This document shows positions 18,596-29,883 of a DNA stretch of 41,524 bases, piece by piece. A program made the translations under genes and the position numbers. The notes beneath the pieces are model-generated. The model was given only the letters and a program-made list of their open reading frames with translations. It was not told the DNA's origin and made no database searches. This stretch comes from a virus (taxonomy: Duplodnaviria; Heunggongvirae; Uroviricota; Caudoviricetes): IMG/VR virus record IMGVR_UViG_2648501334_000009, positions 1-41,524 of that record, one strand, 5' to 3'. Within the stretch, counting starts at the first letter, position 1, and every line of letters starts with the position of its first letter.

Positions 18596-19168
18596 ATGAC
18601 TAAGAAGCTGAAAGCAAAACACGAGGTGTTTTGTCGCGAGTTTCTTGTCGATCTGAATGCTACACAAGCAGCTATTCGCGCAGGCTACGTCTCCAGGCGA
18701 GCACATGTTACGGGGGCTGAACTATACGGTAAACCTGAGATACGCGCCCGTATTAACGAGCTAAAGCAGGAGCGTATTGATCAACTGGGCATTGATGCGA
18801 ATTATGTGCTGATGCGACTGGTTGAGATCGACAGGCTCGATGTGGCTGACATCCTGGAGGACGATTTAAGTATTAAGCCTCTGTCTGCGTGGCCGGAATC
18901 GTGGCGTCGGTACCTGAGTGGATTTAACCTCGCTGAAATGTTTGAGGGGCGAGGAGATGACAGAGAAATGGTCGGGATCCTTAAAAAGATTAAGTGGCCT
19001 GATAAGGTTAAAAACCTTGAGTTGCTTGGGCGTCATGTTTCTGTTCAGGCGTTTAAAGACAACGTCAAAAATGAAGTGACTGGCGCTGATGGAGGACCCG
19101 TCAGAACAGAAATTACCAACTTAACGCCGGAGCAGGCTGCAGAGGCGTATAGAAAAATGATGGGCTAA
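18596..19168 (+). CDS. Terminase small subunit
   Basis: '[24 protein letters not shown]' matches the Terminase_2-type small subunit N-terminal HTH as I recall it. Confidence 0.7.
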   Translation: MTKKLKAKHEVFCREFLVDLNATQAAIRAGYVSRRAHVTGAELYGKPEIRARINELKQERIDQLGIDANYVLMRLVEIDRLDVADILEDDLSIKPLSAWPESWRRYLSGFNLAEMFEGRGDDREMVGILKKIKWPDKVKNLELLGRHVSVQAFKDNVKNEVTGADGGPVRTEITNLTPEQAAEAYRKMMG

Positions 19169-19170
19169 GT

Positions 19171-20793
19171 ATGCCGTTACCATTCCCCTTCGATTTTAAA
19201 CATCCTGATTACCAGATGGTTTTTGAATGGCGGATGGAACGCCTACAGCGCATTCGCCAGAATCCTGAAATATTGCCCGTATTGAAGCAGTTTTACCGAA
19301 CCAATCCGGCTCAGTTCATCATCGACTGGGGCATGACAACGGACCCGCGTAATATTGATTATGGCCTGCCGGTGACCATTCCGTTTTTACTCTTCCCTAA
19401 GCAGGAGGAGTGGATCCACTGGATTATGGAACGCTGGGGCAATCGGGAGAATGGTATTACCGAAAAATCCCGTGAAATGGGGCTCAGTTGGACCGCGATC
19501 GGACTGGCCTGCTCGCTTTGTCTCTTCAACAAAGAAATGGTTATCGGTTTCGGCTCCCGTAAAGAGGAATACGTCGACAGCACTGGTGACCCGAAAGCAT
19601 TGTTCTGGAAGGCACGCAAGTTCGTGGAAACGCTACCTGTAGAGTTTCGCGGTTCGTGGAGTGAGAAGAAGCACGCGCCATATATGCGTGTTGAGTTTCC
19701 TGAAACTGGTGCCGTTATCAAAGGCGAGGCTGGCGATAATATTGGTCGTGGTGACCGTACCACGCTTTATCTGGTTGATGAGGCTGCATTCCTTCAGCGT
19801 CCTCTGCTGATTGATGCGGCGTTGTCACAAACGACGCGTTGCCGTATCGACCTGAGTTCAGTTAACGGCATGGCTAACCCGTTCGCTCAGAAGCGTCATG
19901 GCGGGAAGATACCGGTATTCACATTCCACTGGCGGGATGATCCTCGCAAGGATGAAGAGTGGTATCGCAGGGAATGCGAGAAAATCGATAATCCGGTGGT
20001 GGTGGCACAGGAACTTGATCTGAACTACAGCGCATCAGCGGAAGGCGTTCTGATTCCATCCGAATGGGTACAGGCTGCCGTTGATGCGCATATCAAACTG
20101 GGTATCCAGCCAACAGGCAAACGACTTGGCGCGATGGATGTCGCCGACGAAGGCAGGGACAAAAATGCCTTTTCCACCCGTCATGGCTTCCTCTTGGAAA
20201 ATGTGCGGGAATGGTCCGGTGTGGGCAGCGACATTTATCAGTCCGTCGAGAAGGTTTTCGGCTTTTGCGAACAGGACAACCTCGAAGAGTTTCGCTTTGA
20301 CGAGGACGGGCTGGGCGCTGGCGTTCGCGGCGATGCACGCGCTATCAACGAACTGCGTAACGCTGCGCGTCGACCGTCAATACTTGCCACACCGTTTCGA
20401 GGTAGTGGCGCGGTATTTGATCCGGATGATGAAGCTGTTCGCGGGGACAACGGGCAAGCAGCACGTCTGAACAAGGACTTCTTCGCTAACGCCAAAGCCC
20501 AGAGCTGGTGGCGGTTACGTAAACTTTTTCAGAATACCTGGCGCGCCGTGGTTGAAGGTATGGCTTACAACCCGGACGAAATCATCTCAATCAGCAGTAG
20601 CATGGCACTCAAAGATAAACTCATCATCGAGCTTTCGCAGCCGACCTATTCCATTAATGGTGTGGGAAAAATCGTTATTGATAAACAGCCTGATGGAACC
20701 CGATCGCCAAACCTTGCCGACTCGGTGATGATCAACTATGCCCCAATGAATTCAGCCCTGAACATCTGGGAGCTGCTAGGGAGACAGGCCTGA
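19171..20793 (+). CDS. Terminase large subunit
   Basis: 540 aa with Walker B-like '[10 protein letters not shown]' and C-terminal nuclease-like region; follows the small subunit. Confidence 0.8.
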   Translation: MPLPFPFDFKHPDYQMVFEWRMERLQRIRQNPEILPVLKQFYRTNPAQFIIDWGMTTDPRNIDYGLPVTIPFLLFPKQEEWIHWIMERWGNRENGITEKSREMGLSWTAIGLACSLCLFNKEMVIGFGSRKEEYVDSTGDPKALFWKARKFVETLPVEFRGSWSEKKHAPYMRVEFPETGAVIKGEAGDNIGRGDRTTLYLVDEAAFLQRPLLIDAALSQTTRCRIDLSSVNGMANPFAQKRHGGKIPVFTFHWRDDPRKDEEWYRRECEKIDNPVVVAQELDLNYSASAEGVLIPSEWVQAAVDAHIKLGIQPTGKRLGAMDVADEGRDKNAFSTRHGFLLENVREWSGVGSDIYQSVEKVFGFCEQDNLEEFRFDEDGLGAGVRGDARAINELRNAARRPSILATPFRGSGAVFDPDDEAVRGDNGQAARLNKDFFANAKAQSWWRLRKLFQNTWRAVVEGMAYNPDEIISISSSMALKDKLIIELSQPTYSINGVGKIVIDKQPDGTRSPNLADSVMINYAPMNSALNIWELLGRQA

Positions 20794-22259
20794 TGGCACG
20801 AAACAAACAAGCCCTGCGGCGAACTGCGCAGGCCACCGCTGATGGCTATGAGAACTTTGTCGCCCGCGTGGGGATGCAGACGCCTAACCAGCACTCAGCA
20901 TCGACCTACCGGGCGAACTTCACCAGCCGCAACCGCATGCTGGTGGAATGGTCATATCGCGGATCGTGGGTTATCGGCGAAGCGGTCGACGCTATCCCGG
21001 ATGATATGACCCGCAAAGGCATTCGCATCACTTCGGAAATTGATGCAAAAGATCGCGGCATTCTCGAATCACAACTGGATGAGTTGCAAATCTGGGATGC
21101 GCTGAATGACGTACTGAAATGGTCGCGTCTCTATGGCGGTGCGGTTGGCTTCATCATGATTGAGGGGCAGGCACCAATGACCCCGCTGCGGCTCGAAACC
21201 ATTGGAGAAGGCAAGTTTAAGGGCATTCTCCCGCTCGACCGCTGGATGATTAACCCGGTGATGACCCGCCGCATTAAAGAGATGGGGCCGGATCTCGGCA
21301 AACCTGAGTTTTACGATGTGGTGACCACTGCCACGGGCATTCCAGCCTGGCGCATCCATCACAGCCGCCTGATTCGCTTCGACGGGGTGACGCTGCCATT
21401 CCAGCAGAAGATGACCGAAAACGAATGGGGAATGTCGGTTGTAGAGCGTATCTGGGATCGGCTTACTGCGTTCGACAGCGCCACTGTCGGCGCGGCGCAG
21501 CTGGTCTACAAAGCGCATTTGCGTACCTACAGCGTGGAGAAGCTACGCGAGCTTATCGCACTTGGTGGTCCTGCGTATGAAGCGCTGCTGAAGAACATCG
21601 ACCTGATCCGCCAGTTCCAGAGCAATGAAGGCATGACGCTCATGGACTCGCGGGATAAGTTCGAAACCCACCAGTACAGCTTCAGCGGTCTGGATGACAT
21701 TCTTTCGCAGTTCGCTGAGCAGATCAGCGGTGCCGTTGGTATCCCGCTGGTGCGACTGTTCGGTCAATCCCCGAAAGGCTTCTCTACTGGTGACGCAGAC
21801 CTCGCCAACTATTACGACCGGGTGAGCTCATTGCAGGAACGCCGCTTACGGATGCCGATGCGTCGGATACTGGACATCATGCATCGTTCGGAGCTTGGCA
21901 AGCCGCTGCCGGACGATTTCACGTTTGAGTTTAACCCGCTATGGCAAATGTCTGACGTTGACCGCTCAACGGTGGCCGTAAACACCACCACCGCGATCAG
22001 TACGGCGCTGGGTGATGGTCTGATGACACTGAAAGCCGCTATGACTGATTTGCGCGAAAATTCTGACGTAACCGGCATCGGGGCGTCCATTACCGACGAG
22101 GACATAGAGAATGCCGAAGACGAAGCGCCGCCAGGCATCGGCGAACTTGGCGACAAACCTCCAGAGTCGCCAGGCGGAAATCCGATATCGAACGAGCCTA
22201 CGGCAGATAGCGCGGGCGGTCGGGGATATCGTAAATGGTCGCTACGATGGTTCAAATGA
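20793..22259 (+). CDS. Portal protein (DUF1073-like)
   Basis: 488 aa directly after the terminase with a stop/start overlap; size and position typical of a portal. Confidence 0.65.
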   Translation: MARNKQALRRTAQATADGYENFVARVGMQTPNQHSASTYRANFTSRNRMLVEWSYRGSWVIGEAVDAIPDDMTRKGIRITSEIDAKDRGILESQLDELQIWDALNDVLKWSRLYGGAVGFIMIEGQAPMTPLRLETIGEGKFKGILPLDRWMINPVMTRRIKEMGPDLGKPEFYDVVTTATGIPAWRIHHSRLIRFDGVTLPFQQKMTENEWGMSVVERIWDRLTAFDSATVGAAQLVYKAHLRTYSVEKLRELIALGGPAYEALLKNIDLIRQFQSNEGMTLMDSRDKFETHQYSFSGLDDILSQFAEQISGAVGIPLVRLFGQSPKGFSTGDADLANYYDRVSSLQERRLRMPMRRILDIMHRSELGKPLPDDFTFEFNPLWQMSDVDRSTVAVNTTTAISTALGDGLMTLKAAMTDLRENSDVTGIGASITDEDIENAEDEAPPGIGELGDKPPESPGGNPISNEPTADSAGGRGYRKWSLRWFK

Positions 22260-22884
22260 CAGTGTCACCGAAATAATGGATGCGCTGGAGCGCTACAGCG
22301 AAATCATCACCCCCTGGGCGACGAAGGTTGCTGAGAACTTTACCGCAGACATAGCGCGCCAGAATGAAAAGCAGTGGCGTCAGCACAGCCGGAACATCAG
22401 TGCAGAGCTGCGCAATATGGTTGACCGCGCCCCGGTAGGCCAGGTGATGAAATCCATCGTTGCCGAGCAGATTAAGTACATCAAATCGCTCCCTCTTGAG
22501 GCCGCCGATCGGGTGTATGACATTCAGAACAAAGCCATCGAGGCCGTTGTGACTGGTGGCCGCGCTGAGCCATTCGCGAAAGAGATAGCTGCGTCCGGTG
22601 ACGTGTCACGCTCACGAGCGAACCTTATCGCCCGTACTGAACTTGGACGTGCAACCGGCGCGCTCGATCAGGCGCGTGCGCTGTCAATCGGCTCGAATGG
22701 TTATATCTGGCGTACAGCCGAAGATGGCGACGTCCGGCATTCTCATCGGGAGATGGAAGGTAAGTTTGTCGAATGGGGAAAACCTCCAACGCTTGATGGC
22801 ATGACCGGTCACGCTGGCGAGCTCCCGAATTGTCGCTGTTATAAAGAAATCGTTTTTCCCAACCCTCATTCTTATCTCGCCTGA
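22111..22884 (+). CDS. Head morphogenesis protein (Mu F / SPP1 gp7-like)
   Basis: C-terminal 'RHSHREMEGKFV...NCRCY' motif; GAGGA ribosome-binding site before the 22111 ATG; overlaps the portal 3' end by 149 nt, with an alternative ATG at 22276. Confidence 0.65.
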   Translation: MPKTKRRQASANLATNLQSRQAEIRYRTSLRQIARAVGDIVNGRYDGSNDSVTEIMDALERYSEIITPWATKVAENFTADIARQNEKQWRQHSRNISAELRNMVDRAPVGQVMKSIVAEQIKYIKSLPLEAADRVYDIQNKAIEAVVTGGRAEPFAKEIAASGDVSRSRANLIARTELGRATGALDQARALSIGSNGYIWRTAEDGDVRHSHREMEGKFVEWGKPPTLDGMTGHAGELPNCRCYKEIVFPNPHSYLA

Positions 22885-22898
22885 ATCGCAGGTAAACC

Positions 22899-24119
22899 AT
22901 GAAATATTTTTTCAATACCCGGCTGGGGGAAACCCGCTATCAGCTGGCTGACGGCTCGCTGCTGTGCAAAGACGTGCCGATAGGTCGAACGGGTAAGCAG
23001 CTCTACGGCGCTGCCGATCTGCCAAACCTCAAACCCGACAAGCTCGGTGAGATAGTCGTAACGCGTTCTCCTGAGCAGGTATTCCATCCGGCCACGCTCG
23101 CCTCATTCGAAGGGATGAGCATCACGATCCTGCATCCTGAAGATGAAAACGGGAATGTGCGGCTGGTAAATCCCGAGAACTGGAAAGAGCTTGCGGTCGG
23201 GCACCTCCAGAATGTCCGGCGCGGGACGGGTGAGCAGTCTGATTTGATGCTGGCTGACCTTATCGTCAAAGACGAAAACGCCATTCAGCTTATCGAAGAT
23301 GGCCTGCGTGAAGTATCGTGCGGCTATGACGCGGAGTACGAGCAGACCGAGCCAGGTAAAGCCGAGCAGGTCTATATTACCGGAAACCATGTGGCTCTTG
23401 TCCCCAAAGGCAGAGCCGGAAATCGTTGTGCAATTGGAGACAGAGACACAATGGCAAATCAAAAGAAAAACTGGTGGAACCGCATGCGTGCAGCCATCAA
23501 GACAGGAGATGCCGACACCATGAACGAACTGGTGGAGTCGGCTCCCGCATCGGTTACAGGAGATGATGGGGATTTGCCGCAGGGCGTTAATCTCAACATC
23601 AACCTGTCCCCGCAGCAACCACTACCGGACAAAGCACCAGAGATGGGTGGAGATCCAACCGGCGACAGTGATGATGACCTCAAAACATTACTGAAAGCCC
23701 TGCTGGCTAAGCTGGAAGGAAATGCGACGGGCGATAACGACAATAAGCCTGACGATAATCCGACCGGTGACGGCGAGGACGATGAAGAGGAAACCACGAT
23801 TACTGGTGACTCAGCCTGGCGTGCCGAAGTTATCGTTCCGGGTATCGATCTGAGCCGTAAGATGAAACCGACCGCGTTCAAACGCGAGGTTCTGGCTTCT
23901 GCTGACAAAACGCTGGTTCGCCAGATAGTCGGTGATGCGGATATCCGCAAATTACCGAAACAATCGGTCAACATGGCGTTTAATGCCGTGTCAGAGATTG
24001 CCAAAGGGCGAAACACCCGTACCACCATGGGCGATGCACAACGCCAAAATATGGGCATGACCAGCATCGCTTCCCTGAACAAACAAAACGCCGAATTCTG
24101 GTCTAACCGCAAAGGATAA
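22899..24119 (+). CDS. Putative scaffolding/maturation protein
   Basis: 406 aa with an acidic low-complexity D/E/G-rich stretch; sits between head morphogenesis and capsid genes. Confidence 0.4.
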   Translation: MKYFFNTRLGETRYQLADGSLLCKDVPIGRTGKQLYGAADLPNLKPDKLGEIVVTRSPEQVFHPATLASFEGMSITILHPEDENGNVRLVNPENWKELAVGHLQNVRRGTGEQSDLMLADLIVKDENAIQLIEDGLREVSCGYDAEYEQTEPGKAEQVYITGNHVALVPKGRAGNRCAIGDRDTMANQKKNWWNRMRAAIKTGDADTMNELVESAPASVTGDDGDLPQGVNLNINLSPQQPLPDKAPEMGGDPTGDSDDDLKTLLKALLAKLEGNATGDNDNKPDDNPTGDGEDDEEETTITGDSAWRAEVIVPGIDLSRKMKPTAFKREVLASADKTLVRQIVGDADIRKLPKQSVNMAFNAVSEIAKGRNTRTTMGDAQRQNMGMTSIASLNKQNAEFWSNRKG

Positions 24120-24123
24120 TCCA

Positions 24124-24627
24124 ATGACTGCATATCTGTACCGGATGCCTGTTGGCATTGCCGGGGCTATCTCTCGCCCGCAGGACTTAACCGTCGAACC
24201 GGTGGTCCTTAAATCCGATAACGCCTTTGCTGCCTATGGGCTGGCTGGTAAATACGATGCTGACGGTTTTTTCGTACCGCTGGCAGATGGTGATACCGCA
24301 GACAAGGTGAAGGGGATCTATGTGCGCCCTTATCCGACCACGTCGCAGCCGGACATGGTTCGCCAGGTGGGGAGTGGCAAGAACTTCCCGGGCGACGCCA
24401 TGAAGCGTGGCTACGTGACCGTTAATCTCGGTTCTGATTTTGATGCCAGCACCATCAAAAAAGGCGACCCGGTATACGTTGTCGTCTCCACTGATGGATC
24501 CATCAAAGTGCCGCTGGGTGGATTCATGGCCACGTCAGTCAGTGGCAAAAACGTGGTGCTGACCAACGCTGAATTCACAGGTGCCGGTGATGCTAACGGC
24601 AATGCAGAAATTTCCTGGAAGATTTAA
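24124..24627 (+). CDS. Putative head structural/decoration protein
   Basis: 167-aa beta-rich protein immediately upstream of the major capsid gene. Confidence 0.45.
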   Translation: MTAYLYRMPVGIAGAISRPQDLTVEPVVLKSDNAFAAYGLAGKYDADGFFVPLADGDTADKVKGIYVRPYPTTSQPDMVRQVGSGKNFPGDAMKRGYVTVNLGSDFDASTIKKGDPVYVVVSTDGSIKVPLGGFMATSVSGKNVVLTNAEFTGAGDANGNAEISWKI

Positions 24628-24638
24628 GGAACAGACGA

Positions 24639-25580
24639 ATGATTACTTTTGATCAGGCAACCGTTGACAGCTCTGGTGCCTTTCTCATCGGGGAGCTGGA
24701 GCGACTCGACCAGACGCTGAACCTGCCACTGGTGGGGTACACCTGGACCCGCGATATTCAGTTGCGTGAAGATGTCTCCATCGCAGATGACATTTCCAGC
24801 TGGACGAATACCAGCTTCGCCGCTGCGGGTACTGGCGCAAATCCGAATGGCAAAAACTGGGTAGGCAAAGACTCAACCGCTATTGCTGGCGTGAACGTGG
24901 ATATCGGCAAATCCGGTAACCCGCTGAACCTGTGGGGGATGGAGCTTGGCTGGACGGTCATAGAATTGCAGGCTGCTCAGCAGGTCGGACGCCCGATTGA
25001 TACGCAGAAGTATGACGGGATGCAACTGAAATGGCAGATGGATAACGATGAACAGGTGTATGTTGGCGATTCCGCATTAAACCTGAAAGGCCTTGTTACC
25101 CTGAACGGTGTTCCTGTCAACAACGCTGCCAAAACGTGGGCAACCTCAACACCGGACGAAATCCGCGCAAGCATTAACCAGGTGCTGTCTGATGCGTGGG
25201 CCGCTTCCGGTTACTCTGTGGTTCCGCGTGATTTGCTGATCCCGCCTGAGCAGTTTGCTCTGTTGTCCAGCATCATCGTTTCATCTGCTGGTAACCAGTC
25301 CCTGTTGACGTACCTTCAGACCAACACCATCAGCTATCACCAGAACGGTGTTCCGCTGAATATCCGCGCGGTTAAATGGCTGAAAGGCCGTGGTGTGGGG
25401 GATAAGGATCGCATGGTTGCGTACACCAACGATAAAAAATACGTCCGCTACCCGCTGGTTCCGCTTCAGAGCGTGCCGGTGCAGTATCGCGGTCTGTATC
25501 AGATCGTCACTTACTACGGCAAGCTGGGTGCGGTTGAGCCAGTGTATAAAGAAACTCTGTCCTATGTGGACGGTATCTGA
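24639..25580 (+). CDS. Major capsid protein
   Basis: 313 aa in the expected position; followed by a GGCCCC-GAAA-GGGGCC hairpin at 25591..25606. Confidence 0.65.
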   Translation: MITFDQATVDSSGAFLIGELERLDQTLNLPLVGYTWTRDIQLREDVSIADDISSWTNTSFAAAGTGANPNGKNWVGKDSTAIAGVNVDIGKSGNPLNLWGMELGWTVIELQAAQQVGRPIDTQKYDGMQLKWQMDNDEQVYVGDSALNLKGLVTLNGVPVNNAAKTWATSTPDEIRASINQVLSDAWAASGYSVVPRDLLIPPEQFALLSSIIVSSAGNQSLLTYLQTNTISYHQNGVPLNIRAVKWLKGRGVGDKDRMVAYTNDKKYVRYPLVPLQSVPVQYRGLYQIVTYYGKLGAVEPVYKETLSYVDGI

Positions 25581-25620
25581 TAACCAGAATGGCCCCGAAA
25601 GGGGCCTGAAGGAAACTGAA

Positions 25621-25989
25621 ATGGCGAAAGAAAAGCTGGTTACCATCCATGTTCACACCCCGTTTACGCTGACGCTCGGCGATCAGTCAAAACAGGAGTT
25701 TGGCCGGGGACGACATAACGTACCGGAAGAAGTCGCGTCGCACTGGTTCACCCAGGCGCACTCTGAGTTTTCCGAAAGCGTGATTAGCGACACCGATGAT
25801 CTGCAACCCATTATCGACGGCCTGCAAGCGCAGATTGCCGACAAAGATAAGCTGATTGCCGATCTGCGAGAAGCGCTGCTCAAGCTGCAAGAGCAGAACG
25901 ACAGTCTGCAAGCGCAGATTGCTGCCGCCCAGACTGGCGGTAATGGGGCGAAAGATGCCAAAGAATCAAAGCCTGCCAGCGGTAAGTGA
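25621..25989 (+). CDS. Hypothetical head-module protein with coiled coil
   Basis: ATG at 25621 with AGGAAA upstream; the C-terminal half is heptad-like ([31 protein letters not shown]). Confidence 0.45.
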   Translation: MAKEKLVTIHVHTPFTLTLGDQSKQEFGRGRHNVPEEVASHWFTQAHSEFSESVISDTDDLQPIIDGLQAQIADKDKLIADLREALLKLQEQNDSLQAQIAAAQTGGNGAKDAKESKPASGK

Positions 25990-26362
25990 TTTTCGGCGCG
26001 ACTTTCCACAGTTTGCTGACCCTGCCAAATATCCCGAAGCACAAATCCAGTTTCGTCTGAATCTGGCTGATGTGCTGCTGAGCGAAAACGTCACCGGCAA
26101 AGAGTTGTTTCCGTACTTTGCCGAGTTGTTCGTGGCTCACTACATGACGCTATGGGCGGCAGACAGCCGGGCAATGCTGGTTGGCGGCCCGGGCGGTTCA
26201 ACCAATGGTGTTCAATCCTCTAAGTCTGTTGACAAGGTAAGCGTCAGCTATGACACCAGCGCGACGCTGAATCCTGATGCAGGTTTCTGGAATAACACCC
26301 GATATGGCGCTGAATTTTATCAGTTGATCACGATGTTTGGTGCAGGCGGTCGCCAGCTATGA
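25955..26362 (+). CDS. Putative head-tail connector/adaptor protein
   Basis: N-terminus '[17 protein letters not shown]' resembles DUF4054-type phage proteins as I recall them; start is ambiguous (25943 or 25955); overlaps the upstream gene. Confidence 0.4.
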   Translation: MPKNQSLPAVSDFRRDFPQFADPAKYPEAQIQFRLNLADVLLSENVTGKELFPYFAELFVAHYMTLWAADSRAMLVGGPGGSTNGVQSSKSVDKVSVSYDTSATLNPDAGFWNNTRYGAEFYQLITMFGAGGRQL

Positions 26363-26913
26363 GCTTCAAAAGCGGTGTAACAACGAGGGTGGATAACGCT
26401 CAGGCCATTCTGGATGCGCTCAGGTCGCTAACCAAAAAGGATGTGCTGGTCGGCATCCCTTCGGAAGACAGCGAGCGTGAAGATGTTCCGTTTGGTAATG
26501 CCGGGATCGGCTATGTCAACGAATACGGCTCACCAGCGCAAAACATCCCCCCACGCCCGCACCTGACCCCCGGCGTTAAATCGGTAGAGGGACAGACAGT
26601 GCCGCAGCTCAAAGCAGCGGCGCAGGCTGCGCTTGATGGTAATGCGTCGGGTGCGGAAAGAGCGCTCAACCGTGCCGGAACGCTGGCCGCTAATGGCGTC
26701 AGGCGTTACATGACTATTACCGGCTTTACGCCGCTTGCTGACAGCACTGTTGAAGCCCGCGCACGTCGAGGTCGCAAAGGGGCAAAAGCGGAACTTGCGC
26801 GGCGCGCTGCTGGTGAGTCTCCTGGAACCGATCTGGTGAAACCGCTAATCGACACCGGGCAATATCGCAGAGCGATTACCCATGTTGTGAGGGATAAAAA
26901 TGCCGACTCTTGA
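26359..26913 (+). CDS. Hypothetical neck/head-completion protein
   Basis: 184-aa ORF translationally coupled in the morphogenesis operon. Confidence 0.45.
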   Translation: MSFKSGVTTRVDNAQAILDALRSLTKKDVLVGIPSEDSEREDVPFGNAGIGYVNEYGSPAQNIPPRPHLTPGVKSVEGQTVPQLKAAAQAALDGNASGAERALNRAGTLAANGVRRYMTITGFTPLADSTVEARARRGRKGAKAELARRAAGESPGTDLVKPLIDTGQYRRAITHVVRDKNADS

Positions 26914-27289
26914 TGTAACAGATGTGCTTTTTGACCCCGATTTTTGCGACTTCAATTTGTGGGTAACACGCCGAGTGCAAACGGTGGATGAGGACGGGAT
27001 CGGCAGCGACAGCGAAGTTAAAAAGCAGTTTGCCGGAGTCGTAACTGTTGATCGCTCTCTGGAAAACCGCCGTATGCAGGCAGGGCAGGTGATCAGCGGT
27101 GCAATTCTGATTGTGACGACTGAGAGACTGACGCAGGGACAGACTGGCCGTGATGCCGATATCGTGACGTATCAGGGCCGTGATTATCGTGTGACTTTCG
27201 TCGACCCGTATACAGCTTATGGGTCCGGATTCGTTCAGGCGCATTGTGAGTTGCTGCCGTTTGATGGGGGAATTCCGGTTGAGCAATAA
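26900..27289 (+). CDS. Hypothetical tail-completion protein
   Basis: 129-aa ORF overlapping both neighbours. Confidence 0.45.
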   Translation: MPTLDVTDVLFDPDFCDFNLWVTRRVQTVDEDGIGSDSEVKKQFAGVVTVDRSLENRRMQAGQVISGAILIVTTERLTQGQTGRDADIVTYQGRDYRVTFVDPYTAYGSGFVQAHCELLPFDGGIPVEQ

Positions 27290-27827
27290 CACCAGCACAG
27301 AGCGCGGATGGCTGATACCAACCAGTGGCGATCCGGATTATGACGAAGCGCTCGACAGGCTGTTAAGCCAGTGGATGCGTAACGTTTCCGGTCTGTCTGC
27401 CGGGATGGTTCGCCCGCGCTGGCAGAAAGAGCAGCCGCCACTGCTACCGGTTGAAACGAACTGGTGTGCGTTTGGGGTTATCGGATGGTCAGGTGATGAC
27501 AGTCCGGCATTCACCAGACAGACCGATGATGGCTCTCAGCTCTGGCGGCATGAAACGATTGAGTGTATGGCTTCGTTTTATGGTCCGGCGGGGATGGTGT
27601 ATGCGTCCCGGTTTCGTGACGGTATATCTGTACCGCAGAACAACGCAGCACTGAATGCGCTGGGGCTGTCTCTTGGCGATTACACAGGTCTGACTCCCTT
27701 CCCTGAACTTATTAATCAGCAATGGGTCCGTCGCTACGATATGACGGTGCGTCTGCGCCGGAAGGTTGTGCGCGAGTACGGTATTAAATCGCTGGTGGAA
27801 GCACCAGTCATCTTTTTCGGAGATTAA
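27264..27827 (+). CDS. Hypothetical phage structural protein
   Basis: ORF with ambiguous start (ATG at 27264 or TTG at 27279); precedes the sheath gene. Confidence 0.4.
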   Translation: MGEFRLSNNTSTERGWLIPTSGDPDYDEALDRLLSQWMRNVSGLSAGMVRPRWQKEQPPLLPVETNWCAFGVIGWSGDDSPAFTRQTDDGSQLWRHETIECMASFYGPAGMVYASRFRDGISVPQNNAALNALGLSLGDYTGLTPFPELINQQWVRRYDMTVRLRRKVVREYGIKSLVEAPVIFFGD

Positions 27828-27830
27828 GCT

Positions 27831-28976
27831 ATGGCACAGGGCTTGCCTGTATCAAACGTTGTTAATGTTGATGTGATCATGTCGCCGCGTGCAGCATCAG
27901 GGCGAAATTTTGGTGCATTACTCATTCTCGGCCCGTCCACAATCATTCCGGTAAGTGAGCGCATTCGTCGTTATTCTGCCGCGGAAGATATTGGAAAAGA
28001 TTTTGGCGTGGAATCACCAGAATATAAAGCTGCGCAGGTGTTTTTCTCACAATCACCGAAACCTCAGGAGGTTTTTGTTGGTCGTTGGGTGAAAACGAAG
28101 GGAGACAGCGAACAGGCCACGCCTGAGACGCTGGAGCAGGCTGTGAATGCCATGCTTGATTATACTTCATGGTATGGGCTGGGGATTGCAGACGATGCAG
28201 ATATTCCGGATGCAGACTGGCTGAAAGTGGCTGCGGCGATCGAATCCTCTTCTGTAAGCCGTATTCTGGCGATTACGACAAGCGATGAGAAATGCCTGCA
28301 GACTGCATCCAGCGATGATTTGGCATCAAAACTGAAAACCGCCGGATATTCACGCAGTTTTATTCAGTATTCATCGGGTAATAAATACGCTGCGTTATCT
28401 GCATTTGGCCGGGCATTCACGGTTAATTTCAATGGCAGTAATACCGCGATTACGCTCAAGTTTAAGCAGGAGCCGGGTGTCGGGTATGAAACACTGACAG
28501 TCAGCCAGGCATCGGCACTTGATGCAAAAAACTGCAATGTGTTCGTGTACTACCAGAATGATACAGCTATCCTCCAGCAGGGAGTGATGGCTAACGGCGA
28601 TTTCTTTGATGAACGCCACGGCCTGGACTGGTTACAGAATTATGTGCAGACCAACCTCTATAACCTGCTTTATACCAGCACCACGAAGGTTCCCCAGACT
28701 GAAGCCGGTATTACCCGACTGTTATCAAATGTTGAAAAATCACTGGATCAGGCCGTTCAGAATGGACTGATTGCTCCGGGCGTATGGAACGGGGGCGACC
28801 TTGGTCAGTTGTCATCAGGTGACACACTGCCCAAAGGTTATTACGTATACGCCCAGCCGCTGGATGAACAGGCACAATCAGAACGTGAAGCCCGTAAGGC
28901 TCCGGTGATTCAGGCTGCAATAAAACTTGCAGGCGCGGTTCATTACGCTGACGTACAGATTAACGTTGTTCGCTAA
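27831..28976 (+). CDS. Tail sheath protein (DUF3383-like)
   Basis: 381 aa immediately upstream of a tube-like protein, chaperone pair and tape measure. Confidence 0.6.
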   Translation: MAQGLPVSNVVNVDVIMSPRAASGRNFGALLILGPSTIIPVSERIRRYSAAEDIGKDFGVESPEYKAAQVFFSQSPKPQEVFVGRWVKTKGDSEQATPETLEQAVNAMLDYTSWYGLGIADDADIPDADWLKVAAAIESSSVSRILAITTSDEKCLQTASSDDLASKLKTAGYSRSFIQYSSGNKYAALSAFGRAFTVNFNGSNTAITLKFKQEPGVGYETLTVSQASALDAKNCNVFVYYQNDTAILQQGVMANGDFFDERHGLDWLQNYVQTNLYNLLYTSTTKVPQTEAGITRLLSNVEKSLDQAVQNGLIAPGVWNGGDLGQLSSGDTLPKGYYVYAQPLDEQAQSEREARKAPVIQAAIKLAGAVHYADVQINVVR

Positions 28977-28986
28977 GGGGAAGTGA

Positions 28987-29427
28987 ATGTCTACCTATTC
29001 TTTTATGGATGTCACTGCGACGCTGACCGGGCCGACCGGTTCGATTGACCTCGGGTACGGTTCTGCAAGTTCTGAAGAGGGGATTGTGGTTGCGATGGGC
29101 GGTCCTAAAAACACCATGACCATCGGTTCTGATGGCGAAGTGATGCACAGTCTCCATGCAGATAAAAGCGGGACGATTACCGTTAACCTTCTGAAGACAT
29201 CACCGACAAATAAAAAATTGTCGCTGGCGTATAACGCACAGAGCCAGTCTTCTGCCACATGGGGGAATAACGTTATTGTGATCCGAAACAAGGTCAGCGG
29301 CGACATCATCACGGCACGTAGTGTTGCGTTCCAGAAACAACCGGATAATGCCAACGCTAAAACCGGTAATACGATGCCGTGGGTGTTTGACTGCGGCAAG
29401 ATTGACCAGGTTCTCGGGGAGTTTTAA
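28987..29427 (+). CDS. Tail tube protein (DUF3277-like)
   Basis: 146 aa, beta-rich, in the position between sheath and chaperones. Confidence 0.55.
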   Translation: MSTYSFMDVTATLTGPTGSIDLGYGSASSEEGIVVAMGGPKNTMTIGSDGEVMHSLHADKSGTITVNLLKTSPTNKKLSLAYNAQSQSSATWGNNVIVIRNKVSGDIITARSVAFQKQPDNANAKTGNTMPWVFDCGKIDQVLGEF

Positions 29428-29430
29428 TAC

Positions 29431-29883
29431 ATGGAATTCGAAATCAAAGGCGTGAAATATCGCGCGGCAAAACTCAGCGTTTTTGACCAGCTGAAAGTGA
29501 CCCGCAAACTTCTGCCGGTACTGGCGGGAATGATGTCAGATTTCGGGAGCATTCGCTCCCGTTTGCCTGCTGACGGCAAAATCGAAACCGTGAAATTCGA
29601 GCAGTTAAAACCGGTGTTTGAAACCATGCTCCCGCGTATCGCTGAGGAACTGTCTTCCCTGACCGAAGATGACACCGAAGCGATTATTCATCCCTGTCTT
29701 GCGGTGGTGTCGCGGCGTCATATGGACGGATGGGTGCCGGTATTTACCAAGGGCGAACTGATGTTTGATGATATTGACCTGCTGGTCATGCTGCAGCTGG
29801 TGGCGCGGGTGGTCGCCGATTCGCTGGGAAATTTTTTGCCTACACCCCTTACCAGCACGACGCAGAGCCTGCAACAGGGCTGA
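29431..29883 (+). CDS. Tail assembly chaperone (G-like)
   Basis: 150 aa immediately upstream of the tape measure gene; contains a slippery heptamer near its 3' end. Confidence 0.6.
   Translation: MEFEIKGVKYRAAKLSVFDQLKVTRKLLPVLAGMMSDFGSIRSRLPADGKIETVKFEQLKPVFETMLPRIAEELSSLTEDDTEAIIHPCLAVVSRRHMDGWVPVFTKGELMFDDIDLLVMLQLVARVVADSLGNFLPTPLTSTTQSLQQG

Noticed and set aside
18458-18706. 82-aa minus-strand ORF spanning the Rz / small terminase junction
   Set aside because: It is antisense to two well-supported late genes and has no ribosome-binding site.
25390-25620. Upstream extension of the 25621 gene, starting inside the major capsid gene
   Set aside because: It overlaps the capsid coding sequence in another frame, whereas the ATG at 25621 has an AGGAAA ribosome-binding site and sits just after the capsid stop and hairpin.
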